Shown one piece after another: positions 10,981 through 19,446 of a DNA stretch of 39,613 nt (positions within the stretch are counted from its first letter, which is position 1; every line of letters begins with the position of its first letter). Below the pieces are notes generated by a model. The model did no database searches, was not told where the DNA came from, and saw nothing but the letters and a program-made list of their open reading frames with translations. The translations under genes and the position numbers were made by a program. Origin of the DNA: Elainellaceae cyanobacterium (GTDB lineage Bacteria > Cyanobacteriota > Cyanobacteriia > CAZCXK01); the NCBI GenBank assembly GCA_051117555.1, contig JBNPEG010000229.1:1-39613 (forward strand), given 5' to 3'.

Positions 10981-11269
10981 GAATCAATTCTCCTGAGCCA
11001 CAGCTCTTCAATACTCAAACATGCAATAGAAGGATTGCGAAACTTAAACGGGTCGGCAAATCTCAACTCAGGCAGGTCAAACATAACAATGATATTAGCC
11101 AAGTTAAGGCAATTAAAGCCTGAGTTGAAACAGTTGTGAAGGGGGGGACGCCGATAATACTAAAGATTTGCATGGATAACGACGATGAATGACTGAGCTG
11201 GGGGGTGGATTCAAAAGTTGTCATTGAGGAGACATCTCACAGGGGTTTCACAATCACCGATGATGTAAC

Positions 11270-11283
11270 GTAATCTGCAATAC
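11270..11283. promoter_or_regulatory. NtcA-consensus box GTA-N8-TAC
   Basis: GTA-ATCTGCAA-TAC in the divergent intergenic region. No TAN3T box at the canonical ~22-nt distance on either strand. Confidence 0.35.
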
Positions 11284-11401
11284 TGAACCTATTCGATTAT
11301 TCTAACGACTGTTGAAGATAGAGTGGGAACTATAATTCGCAACTTCTCCTAAAATCCAAAATTCCCAATTTTTGATGATATGCGATCGCAGGTGATTGAT
11401 A

Positions 11402-12145
11402 ATGCTGCTACATCTCATGACGTGGTGTGAAGTTGAATCCTATCTTAAACAATCGTCGGGGCTAATTTTTCCGATCGGATCGACTGAACAGCATGGCCCG
11501 ACTGGCTTAATCGGGACTGACGCAATTTGTGCAGAGGCGATCGCCAAAGGGGTGGGTGACGCCACTCAAGCAATTGTTGGCCCCACCATTAATGTGGGGA
11601 TGGCGCTTCATCATACCGAATTTCCAGGCAGTATTAGCCTACGTCCCAGCACGCTAATATTAGTGATCCGCGATTATTTAGTGAGCTTAACCAAAGTAGG
11701 GTTTACAAAATTCTTTTTTATCAACGGACATGGGGGCAATATCGCGACCCTCAAAGCGGCATTCTCAGAAACCTATGCGGTTTTGACAGATTTAAAGATT
11801 GAAAATGCAGATCGCGTTCAGTGTCGCTTGGCAAATTGGTTTATGTGTAAATCAGTCTACAGCCGAGCTAAAGAGCTGTATGCCGATCAGGAAGGCTCTC
11901 ACGCCACGCCAAGTGAGGTAGCGCTGACGCAATATGTGTATCCAGACTCAATTAAGCAGGCTCCCTTATCGCCCGATGTCGCGTCTGGCCATCCCATCTA
12001 CAGCGCTGCTGATTTTCGATACCGCTATCCGGATGGACGAATGGGATCTAATCCAGCACTGGCAACCCCTGAACACGGCCAGCAACTATATGAGTTAGCA
12101 GTCAAAGAATTATCCAATCGCTATCTCGAATTCTTAAACGTATAG
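11402..12145 (+). CDS. Creatininase / creatinine amidohydrolase family protein
   Basis: PIGSTEQHGP, GTD, NGHGGN, HA..SE motifs. ATG 11402 preferred over TTG 11396. Confidence 0.9.
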   Translation: MLLHLMTWCEVESYLKQSSGLIFPIGSTEQHGPTGLIGTDAICAEAIAKGVGDATQAIVGPTINVGMALHHTEFPGSISLRPSTLILVIRDYLVSLTKVGFTKFFFINGHGGNIATLKAAFSETYAVLTDLKIENADRVQCRLANWFMCKSVYSRAKELYADQEGSHATPSEVALTQYVYPDSIKQAPLSPDVASGHPIYSAADFRYRYPDGRMGSNPALATPEHGQQLYELAVKELSNRYLEFLNV

Positions 12146-12232
12146 CAATCCCAGATGGGTTGTGAGCGGTGGGGCGGGCGTTGCCTACCCCACCGCTCAC
12201 ACACAATTCACAAGCGATTTAGCATCGCTGTA
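12141..12232 (+). mobile_element. ~92-bp MITE-like element, copy 1
   Basis: TATAGCAATCCCAGAT...GATTTAGCATCGCTGTA imperfect terminal inverted repeats, TA ends, internal GC-rich hairpin. Homologous to 29878-29968, 26882-26973 and 34714-34747. Confidence 0.8.
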
Positions 12233-12329
12233 GATTAATCGTCAAATCTACGGGGACAAGATGTCACAATAAAGATTAGGTAAGTCAGCGTTAGCTGGCA
12301 TGCCTCTAGTGTTCTAGTTTGACTGAAAA

Positions 12330-13211
12330 ATGCCTATGTCCTTTTCTAAGGTCTTCTTGCGTGGGCTTAAGTCTGATCAGTTTCGCCATCCACTCGACTT
12401 GCAGGCAACGCAGACTCTTAAGCAGTTTCCTGGCTTGGATTTACTGATTCGGAACTTTTTAGGACCCGTTGCCGAGCAGTTCTTTTATCTAGAAAATATT
12501 TCGTCTAGCGTTCTCATCAGCGAACAGCAGCTTCCTGATTTATATAAGCTGTTGGTTGAAGCCTGTGAGATTTTAGACCTAGAAGCGCCTCAGCTATACC
12601 TGCGTCAGCATCCCTCACCTAATGCTTATACATTTGCGATTCGCGGCAGACAGCCATTTATTGTGGTTCACACATCGCTGGTTGAGTTGCTGACTCCGAA
12701 TGAAATCCAAGCCGTCATAGCCCATGAGTTAGGACATTTGAAGTGCGATCATGGAGTTTACTTAACGTTGGCGAACATCATTGTGTTGGCAACGGGCCAA
12801 CTCCAACCATTTGGTGATTGGGTCGCTCAGAGCTTGCGAGAACAAATTTTAGAATGGCTCCGGTGTGCTGAATTTACGTGCGATCGCGCTGCTCTTCTTG
12901 TTTCTCAAGATTCTAGGGTCGTAGCCTCTGTGCTGATGAAATTAGCAGGCGGCTCCCCTCGGCTGGCTCCTCAACTCAATCTGGATGCGTTTCTCGCTCA
13001 AGCACGGTCTTACGACGATATCAGTGCCAGCGATGTGGGAGAAATGCTCAAAAAAATCCAGGCATCGCAATTGACCCATCCCCTTCCTGTTTTAAGAGCT
13101 AGAGAGATTGATCGGTGGGCAAGCAGTCAAACATATCAATTTCTGCTGAAAAAGCGCTCAATTGACTATAATGATAAAGCTAATATCCAGGGCGGATGGC
13201 GAAATTGGTAG
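12330..13211 (+). CDS. M48 family (HtpX/Ste24-like) zinc metallopeptidase
   Basis: PNAYT, AVIAHELGH (HExxH), EFTCDRAAL, THP motifs. Confidence 0.92.
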   Translation: MPMSFSKVFLRGLKSDQFRHPLDLQATQTLKQFPGLDLLIRNFLGPVAEQFFYLENISSSVLISEQQLPDLYKLLVEACEILDLEAPQLYLRQHPSPNAYTFAIRGRQPFIVVHTSLVELLTPNEIQAVIAHELGHLKCDHGVYLTLANIIVLATGQLQPFGDWVAQSLREQILEWLRCAEFTCDRAALLVSQDSRVVASVLMKLAGGSPRLAPQLNLDAFLAQARSYDDISASDVGEMLKKIQASQLTHPLPVLRAREIDRWASSQTYQFLLKKRSIDYNDKANIQGGWRNW

Positions 13212-13271
13212 ACGCACCACACTCAAAATGTGGCGACTTCGGTCGTGGGAGTTCGAGTCTCCCTCCGCCCA
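13190..13271 (+). tRNA. trnL-CAA: tRNA-Leu(CAA), CCA not encoded
   Basis: Acceptor stem GGGCGGA/TCCGCCC, discriminator A, D-loop AATTGGTA, anticodon arm CCACA-CTCAAAA-TGTGG (CAA 13224-13226), long variable arm, GTTCGAGTC T-arm. Confidence 0.96.
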
Positions 13272-13463
13272 TGTGGTTTATTTGCGTCAACTGGCCTATA
13301 TTATTAGCCAGCCTATTGGTTCAAATGTTTTCTTGCGCTAAAATCAGAGATAGGGCTAGTTAGGATGTAGGTTTATCGCTCACGTCACAATAGTGTTAGC
13401 GCATCATAATGTCAGCCTATTAGTTCAGCCCATTAATATTATTAAGCATCGCGGAGGTTAACG

Positions 13464-13691
13464 ATGGCTCAACGGCTCAAGCGGTGGGAGTCTCCTCGAA
13501 AAGAAGGACGCAACGCCAAGGGAAAGGGAGGAAGTGCTCGACAGCGTCAAGTTCGCAAGCAAATGCAGGGGTTACGTCAAAAACTTAAGTCGGATGATTC
13601 TCAAAAGGAGCAGTCTAAACCGACACATCAGGGGGAAGAGATTATAACTCTCTTCCCTTATTTTTTTGCGTCTAATTTGGCTTCTAAGTAG
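13464..13691 (+). CDS. Small basic protein; candidate ArfA-like ribosome rescue factor
   Basis: GGAGG RBS at 13453-13457; 15 K/R versus 2 acidic residues in the first 42 aa; KGKGGS motif; terminator inside the ORF. The CDS is well supported, the function is inference. Confidence 0.7.
   Translation: MAQRLKRWESPRKEGRNAKGKGGSARQRQVRKQMQGLRQKLKSDDSQKEQSKPTHQGEEIITLFPYFFASNLASK
13631..13667 (+). terminator. Intrinsic terminator inside the 13464-13691 ORF
   Basis: Stem GGGGGAAGAGA/TCTCTTCCCTT (9 Watson-Crick + 2 GU pairs), 7-nt loop, then A and 7 T. Confidence 0.8.
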
Positions 13692-13904
13692 ATGGACATC
13701 AATAACGGTGCTGTAGTGGCATGGCACAGCTAAAACAGTGCGTTAACTGCCCCCGCTTCTGATGTCTCAAAGACGGGATAGAGATGCTTCAGCTTCACCC
13801 TGCATCTGCCGTCGAAAACTGCCAGACGACCGACCTTTAAAATACTTTTTCCATATGCCAACCTGCGAAATGTGGGGTGTATGGTTACGCTTTTGGGGGT
13901 AACT

Positions 13905-13966
13905 GCAATTCGGGCGATCGCTGGTTAGATTGAGGGGAGTTTTGCAGGGGCGATCGCCCGAATTGC
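13905..13966. repeat. Perfect 17-bp inverted repeat with HIP1 in each arm
   Basis: GCAATTCGGGCGATCGC (13905-13921) and GCGATCGCCCGAATTGC (13950-13966), 28-nt spacer. Confidence 0.8.
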
Positions 13967-14070
13967 TCACCTGATCAGGCAGCACCGGGACACGAAAAAG
14001 ATTCGGATAATCGCTAAACTGTGAACAATTGTCATCAAAATTATCTGCAACATCTCCTCTGTGAGTTGCC

Positions 14071-14772
14071 ATGACCACAGCTCTATTCCCTTCTCCATAT
14101 CAAGATGTGCCACTCCGACAGTGGTATGCCGCCTCCTGGGATGACTATTGCAACCTGCGAGATGCCCTCGTTTCAGAAAAACACGTCAAACTCTCATTCA
14201 ATCAAGGATGGCTTTGGGTCGATATGGGCGGCGAAGGCATTAATCACGCAAGCTACAGCGATTTGTTGACAAGCTTACTGTTCTTATGGGCAATTCAACA
14301 CCCTGACCAATCCTTTAAGTCACTCGGTCGGTGCTTGCTCGAAAAGCCCCAAACCCAAGCCTGTGCCCCTGATTTGGTCTTGTATGTGGGCGATGACTCG
14401 CCTCGCTGGCGTGAGGGCGACCCCAGACGCATCGACCTGTCGGTGTGGCGGGTTCCTGATTTGGTGGGCGAAATTTCAGACACCACCCTAGCCTCCGATT
14501 TGGATGAGCAAAAGCACCTCTGCGAAGCCTTGGGTATTCCAGAATATTGGGTGATTGATATCAAAGGTGAGCGAGTCTTTGCGTTTCAGCTCAATCAGGA
14601 CGGGGAGTATAAACTCTGTGACCAGTCTCGTGCTCTGGCAGAGTTACCTATTGCACTGCTCACTGAAACGGTGCAAAGACTCAGTGCAGATACCAATACA
14701 AGTGCAGCCGCCTGGTTTGCTCAAGAAATTGCCCGCCTGGATGCCTCTGATCAAAGCGCATCTGATCAATAA
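14071..14772 (+). CDS. Uma2 family (DUF820) putative endonuclease
   Basis: PDLV..., PDLVGEISDTT, K...ALGIPEYWVID PD-(D/E)xK-like pattern. Confidence 0.9.
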   Translation: MTTALFPSPYQDVPLRQWYAASWDDYCNLRDALVSEKHVKLSFNQGWLWVDMGGEGINHASYSDLLTSLLFLWAIQHPDQSFKSLGRCLLEKPQTQACAPDLVLYVGDDSPRWREGDPRRIDLSVWRVPDLVGEISDTTLASDLDEQKHLCEALGIPEYWVIDIKGERVFAFQLNQDGEYKLCDQSRALAELPIALLTETVQRLSADTNTSAAAWFAQEIARLDASDQSASDQ

Positions 14773-14819
14773 GCCTCACAACTCGGGATGTGTGAAACAA
14801 CCAATCGAAATCCACCCCC

Positions 14820-14943
14820 GTACGGGCGAAGCATTGCACCAATCTCTTGAAACAACAGCCCCCATCTTGCTGCAATGTACGGGCGAAGCATTGCACTAAT
14901 CTCTTGAAACAACAGCCCCCATCTTGCTGCAATGCTTCGCCCC
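14820..14943 (+). repeat. REP/REPIN-like element, 57-bp tandem duplication
   Basis: GTACGGGCGAAGCATTGCA at 14820 and 14877; inverted arm TGCAATGCTTCGCCC at 14928-14942. Same family as 39397-39613. Confidence 0.85.
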
Positions 14944-15035
14944 GACCCAATTAAAATTACGCGAAAATCGAAACACTCGAGCCTTGCGAAGAATGCTATC
15001 ATTGCCTTCACCCCAGCTTGATTTCAGCTCACCTA

Positions 15036-15281
15036 ATGACTAACGAACAGCCCGATCGTCTAGACATTCTGATTGAACAAGTCGGACACCTCACCGAGGG
15101 GCTGACTGAAATTAAACTCATGATTCGAGAACAAACCGAATTAGTGCGAGAACAGTCAGAAACCGCCAAACAACAAGCCAACAGCATCACGACCTTATCT
15201 CAAGATGTTTCCAGGCTGGTTGGTGTTGTCGAGCGCCAGTCTATCTTGGTCGATCGCCTGCTAGGGGCTGATCGGGATTGA
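15036..15281 (+). CDS. Small coiled-coil hypothetical protein
   Basis: MTNEQPDRLDILIEQVGHLTEGLTEIK... heptad-like, E/Q-rich. ATG 15036 preferred. Confidence 0.7.
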   Translation: MTNEQPDRLDILIEQVGHLTEGLTEIKLMIREQTELVREQSETAKQQANSITTLSQDVSRLVGVVERQSILVDRLLGADRD

Positions 15282-15290
15282 GTCCCTACT

Positions 15291-15324
15291 AAAATAGGGC
15301 CTCAGCGATATGCCAAGACCCTAT
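15291..15324 (-). terminator. Probable terminator of the psaF-psaJ operon
   Basis: Minus strand ATAGGGTCTTGGC-ATATC-GCTGAGGCCCTAT-TTT, 13-bp stem including GU pairs. Confidence 0.6.
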
Positions 15325-15366
15325 ATCCAAACTTTACTTTGGACGGTTAGAAAGAAACCCAACCGA

Positions 15367-15489
15367 CTACGGATGAAATAGCAGGTCTGGGAAAAAGCGA
15401 TTAAACTCAATCAAAATTCCCGCCGTGATAAACATCCAAACTGTCGCCAAGACAGGCGCAGTTGACAGATATTTGAGAAAGTTGTCCAT
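15367..15489 (-). CDS. psaJ: Photosystem I subunit IX, 40 aa (not in ORF track)
   Basis: Hand translation [40 protein letters not shown], directly downstream of psaF, with GGAG RBS. Confidence 0.97.
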   Translation of the reverse strand: MDNFLKYLSTAPVLATVWMFITAGILIEFNRFFPDLLFHP

Positions 15490-15590
15490 AGATGACTCCA
15501 AGCTAGATCGACATAAGACAATACCAAGAGACAATGAGCTGAATAGAGGCGACCCGATTGGCAGCCCCTACTCTGTGAAAATTTGTGCCA

Positions 15591-16076
15591 TTAGCGCGGC
15601 GAAATCGGGATTTCAGAATCCTTGGCGGTCAATTCGCCCGTTGTGAATTCTTTCACGGCTGCTAGAGGCCATGCAAACCCACTCAGCATTTTCTTGATTG
15701 CAAGAGGAACATCGATGATGATTTCCTTCTCTTCAGGATTTTTCTCATCCCGAATATCAATCAGATAGGCCCGACCGACCCAGCCAATCCATCCTGCAAT
15801 GTAGAGGAAGAGAATGCTAGGAATTAAGAATTCACCGGCGTGATTTAACCGACCATCGACTACTAGATGAGGAAGCCCATCGCTACCGCACAAAACGTTG
15901 GTGCTGGCATAAAAGTCAAATCGACGTTTTGCTTGGGGAGTAGCCGCCGCTTCGGCACGAGCCTGAAATGCTGGTGATTCGCTGCAAGGAGTTAAGCCTG
16001 CTACACCTGCCGATGCAGGCGAGACGAAACCGATCCACAGAAAAACAGCCAACGCTAGAGCAAACAATCGTCGCAT
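15591..16076 (-). CDS. psaF: Photosystem I subunit III
   Basis: Signal peptide MRRLFAL..., [50 protein letters not shown] end. Confidence 0.98.
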   Translation of the reverse strand: MRRLFALALAVFLWIGFVSPASAGVAGLTPCSESPAFQARAEAAATPQAKRRFDFYASTNVLCGSDGLPHLVVDGRLNHAGEFLIPSILFLYIAGWIGWVGRAYLIDIRDEKNPEEKEIIIDVPLAIKKMLSGFAWPLAAVKEFTTGELTAKDSEIPISPR

Positions 16077-16254
16077 AGAAATTGTTTCCCTTTATTACAA
16101 AAAGCAAAGTATTTTGTACAAGGACGTATTAAGTTCTTTGTACACAAAAAGTCAGGATTCAGAGCGATCATACTCTCCTGGGTTTAACCCAGTAAAGTTA
16201 AGCTTAATAAAGTACTCTGATGATTTCTTACCGTACCTGATTTGTGACAAGTTA

Positions 16255-17304
16255 ATGGCGAAAGTTTTAGCAATTGAAACAAGTTGTGATGAAACGGCAG
16301 TTGCAATTGTTCATGATCGTCACGTTTTAAGCAGTATCGTGTCGAGTCAAGTAGCGACTCACCAACTGTATGGCGGCATTGTGCCAGAAATCGCATCGCG
16401 GCAGCACGTCGAGATTGTCAATGTGGCGATCGCCCAAGCACTAGACGATGCCGATCTCGATTGGTCAGCCATTGATGGCATTGCGGCAACCTGCGCCCCC
16501 GGTCTAGTCGGAGCCTTGCTCGTTGGCTTAACCGCCGCAAAAACGCTCGCGTTGGTGCATCACAAGCCGTTTTTGGGAGTTCATCACCTCGAAGGTCATA
16601 TCTACGCCACCTATTTAACTGACCCTACGTTGGAGCCTCCGTTTCTGTGCTTGCTCGTGTCAGGAGGGCACACGAGCCTAATCTATGTCAAAGACTGCGG
16701 GCAGTATGAAACGTTGGGACAAACGCGAGATGACGCAGCAGGGGAAGCCTTCGACAAAGTAGGACGATTGCTGAATCTAGGCTATCCTGGGGGGCCGATT
16801 ATCGACCGATTAGCAGCAGACGGTAATCCGTCTGCATTTAAGCTGCCAGAAGGCAATGTATCGCGTCCAGAGGGAGGCTATCATCCCTATGACTCTAGTT
16901 TTAGCGGCTTAAAAACGGCGGTGTTACGCCTCACCGAAAAGCTCCAAAACGAACCGCACCCCCTGCCGATTCCAGACGTGGCAGCCAGTTTTCAAGACAC
17001 AGTGGCGCGATCGCTCACAAAACGAGCCGTCGCGTGTGCAAGAGACTACGGGCTCACAACAATTGCCGTGGGGGGAGGCGTGGCTGCCAACAGCGGCTTG
17101 AGGCGTCATCTCCAGTCTGCTGCCGATCGCCACGGGCTGCGTGTCGTGTTTCCGCCGCTCAAATTTTGTACTGACAATGCCGCGATGATTGCGTGTGCTG
17201 CCGCAGAGCACCTCAATCGGGGTCACACGTCCCCGCTTACCTTGGGCGTGCAGTCTCGAATGGCGATCGCAGATGTCATGAGTCTTTATCAGGCTGAGTC
17301 TTGA
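16255..17304 (+). CDS. tsaD: tRNA threonylcarbamoyladenosine (t6A) transferase subunit TsaD
   Basis: [42 protein letters not shown]. True start ATG 16255, not 16114. Confidence 0.96.
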   Translation: MAKVLAIETSCDETAVAIVHDRHVLSSIVSSQVATHQLYGGIVPEIASRQHVEIVNVAIAQALDDADLDWSAIDGIAATCAPGLVGALLVGLTAAKTLALVHHKPFLGVHHLEGHIYATYLTDPTLEPPFLCLLVSGGHTSLIYVKDCGQYETLGQTRDDAAGEAFDKVGRLLNLGYPGGPIIDRLAADGNPSAFKLPEGNVSRPEGGYHPYDSSFSGLKTAVLRLTEKLQNEPHPLPIPDVAASFQDTVARSLTKRAVACARDYGLTTIAVGGGVAANSGLRRHLQSAADRHGLRVVFPPLKFCTDNAAMIACAAAEHLNRGHTSPLTLGVQSRMAIADVMSLYQAES

Positions 17305-17328
17305 GGTGAATTTCTGTTGGGTGTGATT

Positions 17329-18228
17329 TTATGCGTGATGTTGCAACGTTTGACGAATATGACGAGTCAAGAGTTCAGGCTGTTCGATCATCGCTAAATG
17401 CCCGCAGTTTGGCAGCTCGGTAACGTTTTCACCCGTGCATTGAAACGAGGGATGGAAACTTGCCAAGTGGTGAACATACTGAGGCTCCATGATGTCATCG
17501 TTTGCACCCGCAATAAAATAAACAGGCTGCTTGATGCGAGACACAACTTGGGGAAGCCGATGAACTTCATGTTCGGTCGTTGAATCGAGCAGTGCACCCA
17601 GGGCAGCTTCTGGATGGGCTAAGACCAAATCGACCAGCCGTTGCCGTCCCCATTGACGGGCAATCGGACGAGCCACATTCATGCGCGTCATAATTAAATC
17701 TAACAGAGGCAACTGGCACAGCCAACGAGGGCGCAGCCTAACCAATTGCTCACCGGCTGCCCGAAACCGTTCGAATTCTTCTTTCAGATAAATTCCGCCG
17801 CCCGAATTAACGCATATTACGCCCTTGATGCGCTCAGGACACCGATCGGATGCCCAGAGTGCAATACTGCCTCCGAGAGAATGCCCCACCAGCCAAGCAC
17901 TTGAAATATTGAGGCAATCAAGGAGCTGAATCAAGTCATCCGCATAGGCGGCAGGGGTATGCTGAAATGCGCCCAACCATTCAACATGACCAGACGGGCG
18001 ATCGCCATTGGAATGAGACGAAAGGCTAGGTGGAATTTGAGAATGCCCAAACCCTCGTAAATCATAGGATAGGCACTGATAATCAGACGATAAATTTTGA
18101 ACAATCGGTTTCCAATAGGCCCGACTGAGGAGCCAGCCATGAATGAAAACCAGAACATCTGGGAACGTTTGCGGGGCAGTTAGCTCGACAGCGTGGGGAA
18201 CGCCCTTTATATCAATGGTTTCGACCAT
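17329..18228 (-). CDS. Alpha/beta fold hydrolase
   Basis: FIHGW, DLRGFGHS, GHSLGG nucleophile elbow, C-terminal GH. Confidence 0.9.
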   Translation of the reverse strand: MVETIDIKGVPHAVELTAPQTFPDVLVFIHGWLLSRAYWKPIVQNLSSDYQCLSYDLRGFGHSQIPPSLSSHSNGDRPSGHVEWLGAFQHTPAAYADDLIQLLDCLNISSAWLVGHSLGGSIALWASDRCPERIKGVICVNSGGGIYLKEEFERFRAAGEQLVRLRPRWLCQLPLLDLIMTRMNVARPIARQWGRQRLVDLVLAHPEAALGALLDSTTEHEVHRLPQVVSRIKQPVYFIAGANDDIMEPQYVHHLASFHPSFQCTGENVTELPNCGHLAMIEQPELLTRHIRQTLQHHA

Positions 18229-18379
18229 ACTACTATCATAATATTTCCTCAGTCGTCTTTGAAATAGGATGGAATAAATATCAGAATTTTTAGGTTGAGC
18301 GGTTTTCTGCCGTTCGATTCTTCGCCCTGATAGGATCTAAAAAGAACATCATTACATCAGCAGGCATTTGGATTGAGCT

Positions 18380-18850
18380 ATGTCTTTAGAGAATCTGCGC
18401 GATCTTTATCAGCAGGTCATTTTAGAGCGATATAAAAAGCCTCGTAACCGCGGCACAACAGACCCAATCGATCGGTACCAGAAAGGGCATAATCCGTCCT
18501 GTGGTGACACGATTGAGCTGACGCTAAAGCTCAACGATGCCAAAGATCGTATCGAAGAGGTGAAGTTTGACGGAGAAGGCTGTGCGATTTCGATGGCATC
18601 CGTGGATCTAATGGCAGATGCCTTGCGAGGCAAAACACCGGACGAAGCGTTGGAGATGATTCAACGTTTCCAAGCGATGATGCGAGGGGAATCAGAATTT
18701 CCAAAAGAGCTTCGCAAGCTCAACGTGATGCAAGGCGTCGCCCAGTTCCCGGTTCGCATCAAATGCGCTAATTTAGGCTGGCATACGCTGAGGGCAGCGC
18801 TCGAACTTGCATCAGACGCGCAGCCCGCTGGCTTTGTCAGCAATGAGTAA
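18380..18850 (+). CDS. sufU: SufU-type (NifU/IscU family) Fe-S cluster assembly protein
   Basis: NPSCGD, GCAISMAS, PVRIKCA; has the SufU-type insertion and lacks the IscU LPPVK motif. Confidence 0.88.
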   Translation: MSLENLRDLYQQVILERYKKPRNRGTTDPIDRYQKGHNPSCGDTIELTLKLNDAKDRIEEVKFDGEGCAISMASVDLMADALRGKTPDEALEMIQRFQAMMRGESEFPKELRKLNVMQGVAQFPVRIKCANLGWHTLRAALELASDAQPAGFVSNE

Positions 18851-18891
18851 GAGAAATGTTGTGATTCAATTAATCGTGTTAGCGAAAAGCC

Positions 18892-19446
18892 ATGCCTACG
18901 ACTGACGATTTTCTGACAGCTGCTCAATGGTCTGGCGGGTTGACCCTGCTCTTTGGTGCGATCGCCCTATTCGGATTTATTTTTAACTGGGGAATCCGAT
19001 TTCGCATGGTCGGCGTGACTGGATTCATGGGAGTGTTGACGGCGGGGCTTTTTGCCTTAGGGCTGGTTCCATTTACCAGAACAGTCGTTCCAGGTTCAGT
19101 TCGATTCTCAACCGTCTATGATTCTGGGGCAGCTCAAGCAGTGATTGCCGTACCTCCCAAGATTACCGAATCTGAACTAGAGGCAACGCTCCGGCAAGCG
19201 GCTAATAATTTGTTTTCTCCGGGACGCTTAGGACAGGGTGAACGCCAATTAACCATTCGTGCCCGAACGGTGTTACATCCCGATGATGGGGTTTCGAATC
19301 CCCTTTATCTAGGAGAAATCAAGCGATCGCTCACGGTTCGCGATGACGAAAATATGGACATCACCCTATATCCAGAGGCGATCGCCCAGCTTCCGTCTCA
19401 ACCGTCGACATCCCCAAACGCGTCATCGCAAGCACCCCAATCATAG
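18892..19446 (+). CDS. ycf51: Ycf51 family membrane protein
   Basis: WGIRFRMVGVTGF...L, VYDSG..QAVIAV, LEATLRQAA pattern; two N-terminal TM helices. Confidence 0.85.
   Translation: MPTTDDFLTAAQWSGGLTLLFGAIALFGFIFNWGIRFRMVGVTGFMGVLTAGLFALGLVPFTRTVVPGSVRFSTVYDSGAAQAVIAVPPKITESELEATLRQAANNLFSPGRLGQGERQLTIRARTVLHPDDGVSNPLYLGEIKRSLTVRDDENMDITLYPEAIAQLPSQPSTSPNASSQAPQS

Noticed and set aside
13767..14078. 103-aa minus-strand ORF or possible pseudogene
   Set aside because: No recognisable similarity in the frames I translated, and it overlaps the Uma2 start and an inverted repeat.
14555..15011. ORFs of 81-114 aa over the REP array (also 39245-39606)
   Set aside because: They are translations of the repeats, not genes.
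13272..15290. tRNA-integrated genomic island or prophage
   Set aside because: No integrase, and I found no duplicated tRNA 3' end (att site).
15425..15646. 73-aa plus-strand ORF
   Set aside because: Antisense to psaJ and psaF.
16112..16146. HLR1/RpaB site upstream of psaF (TTTGTACA repeats)
   Set aside because: Biologically plausible, but the repeat spacing does not match the HLR1 direct-repeat pattern well enough to call.
16114..16254. N-terminal extension of TsaD in the ORF track
   Set aside because: The TsaD family starts at [12 protein letters not shown] (16255); the extension is the psaF/tsaD promoter region.
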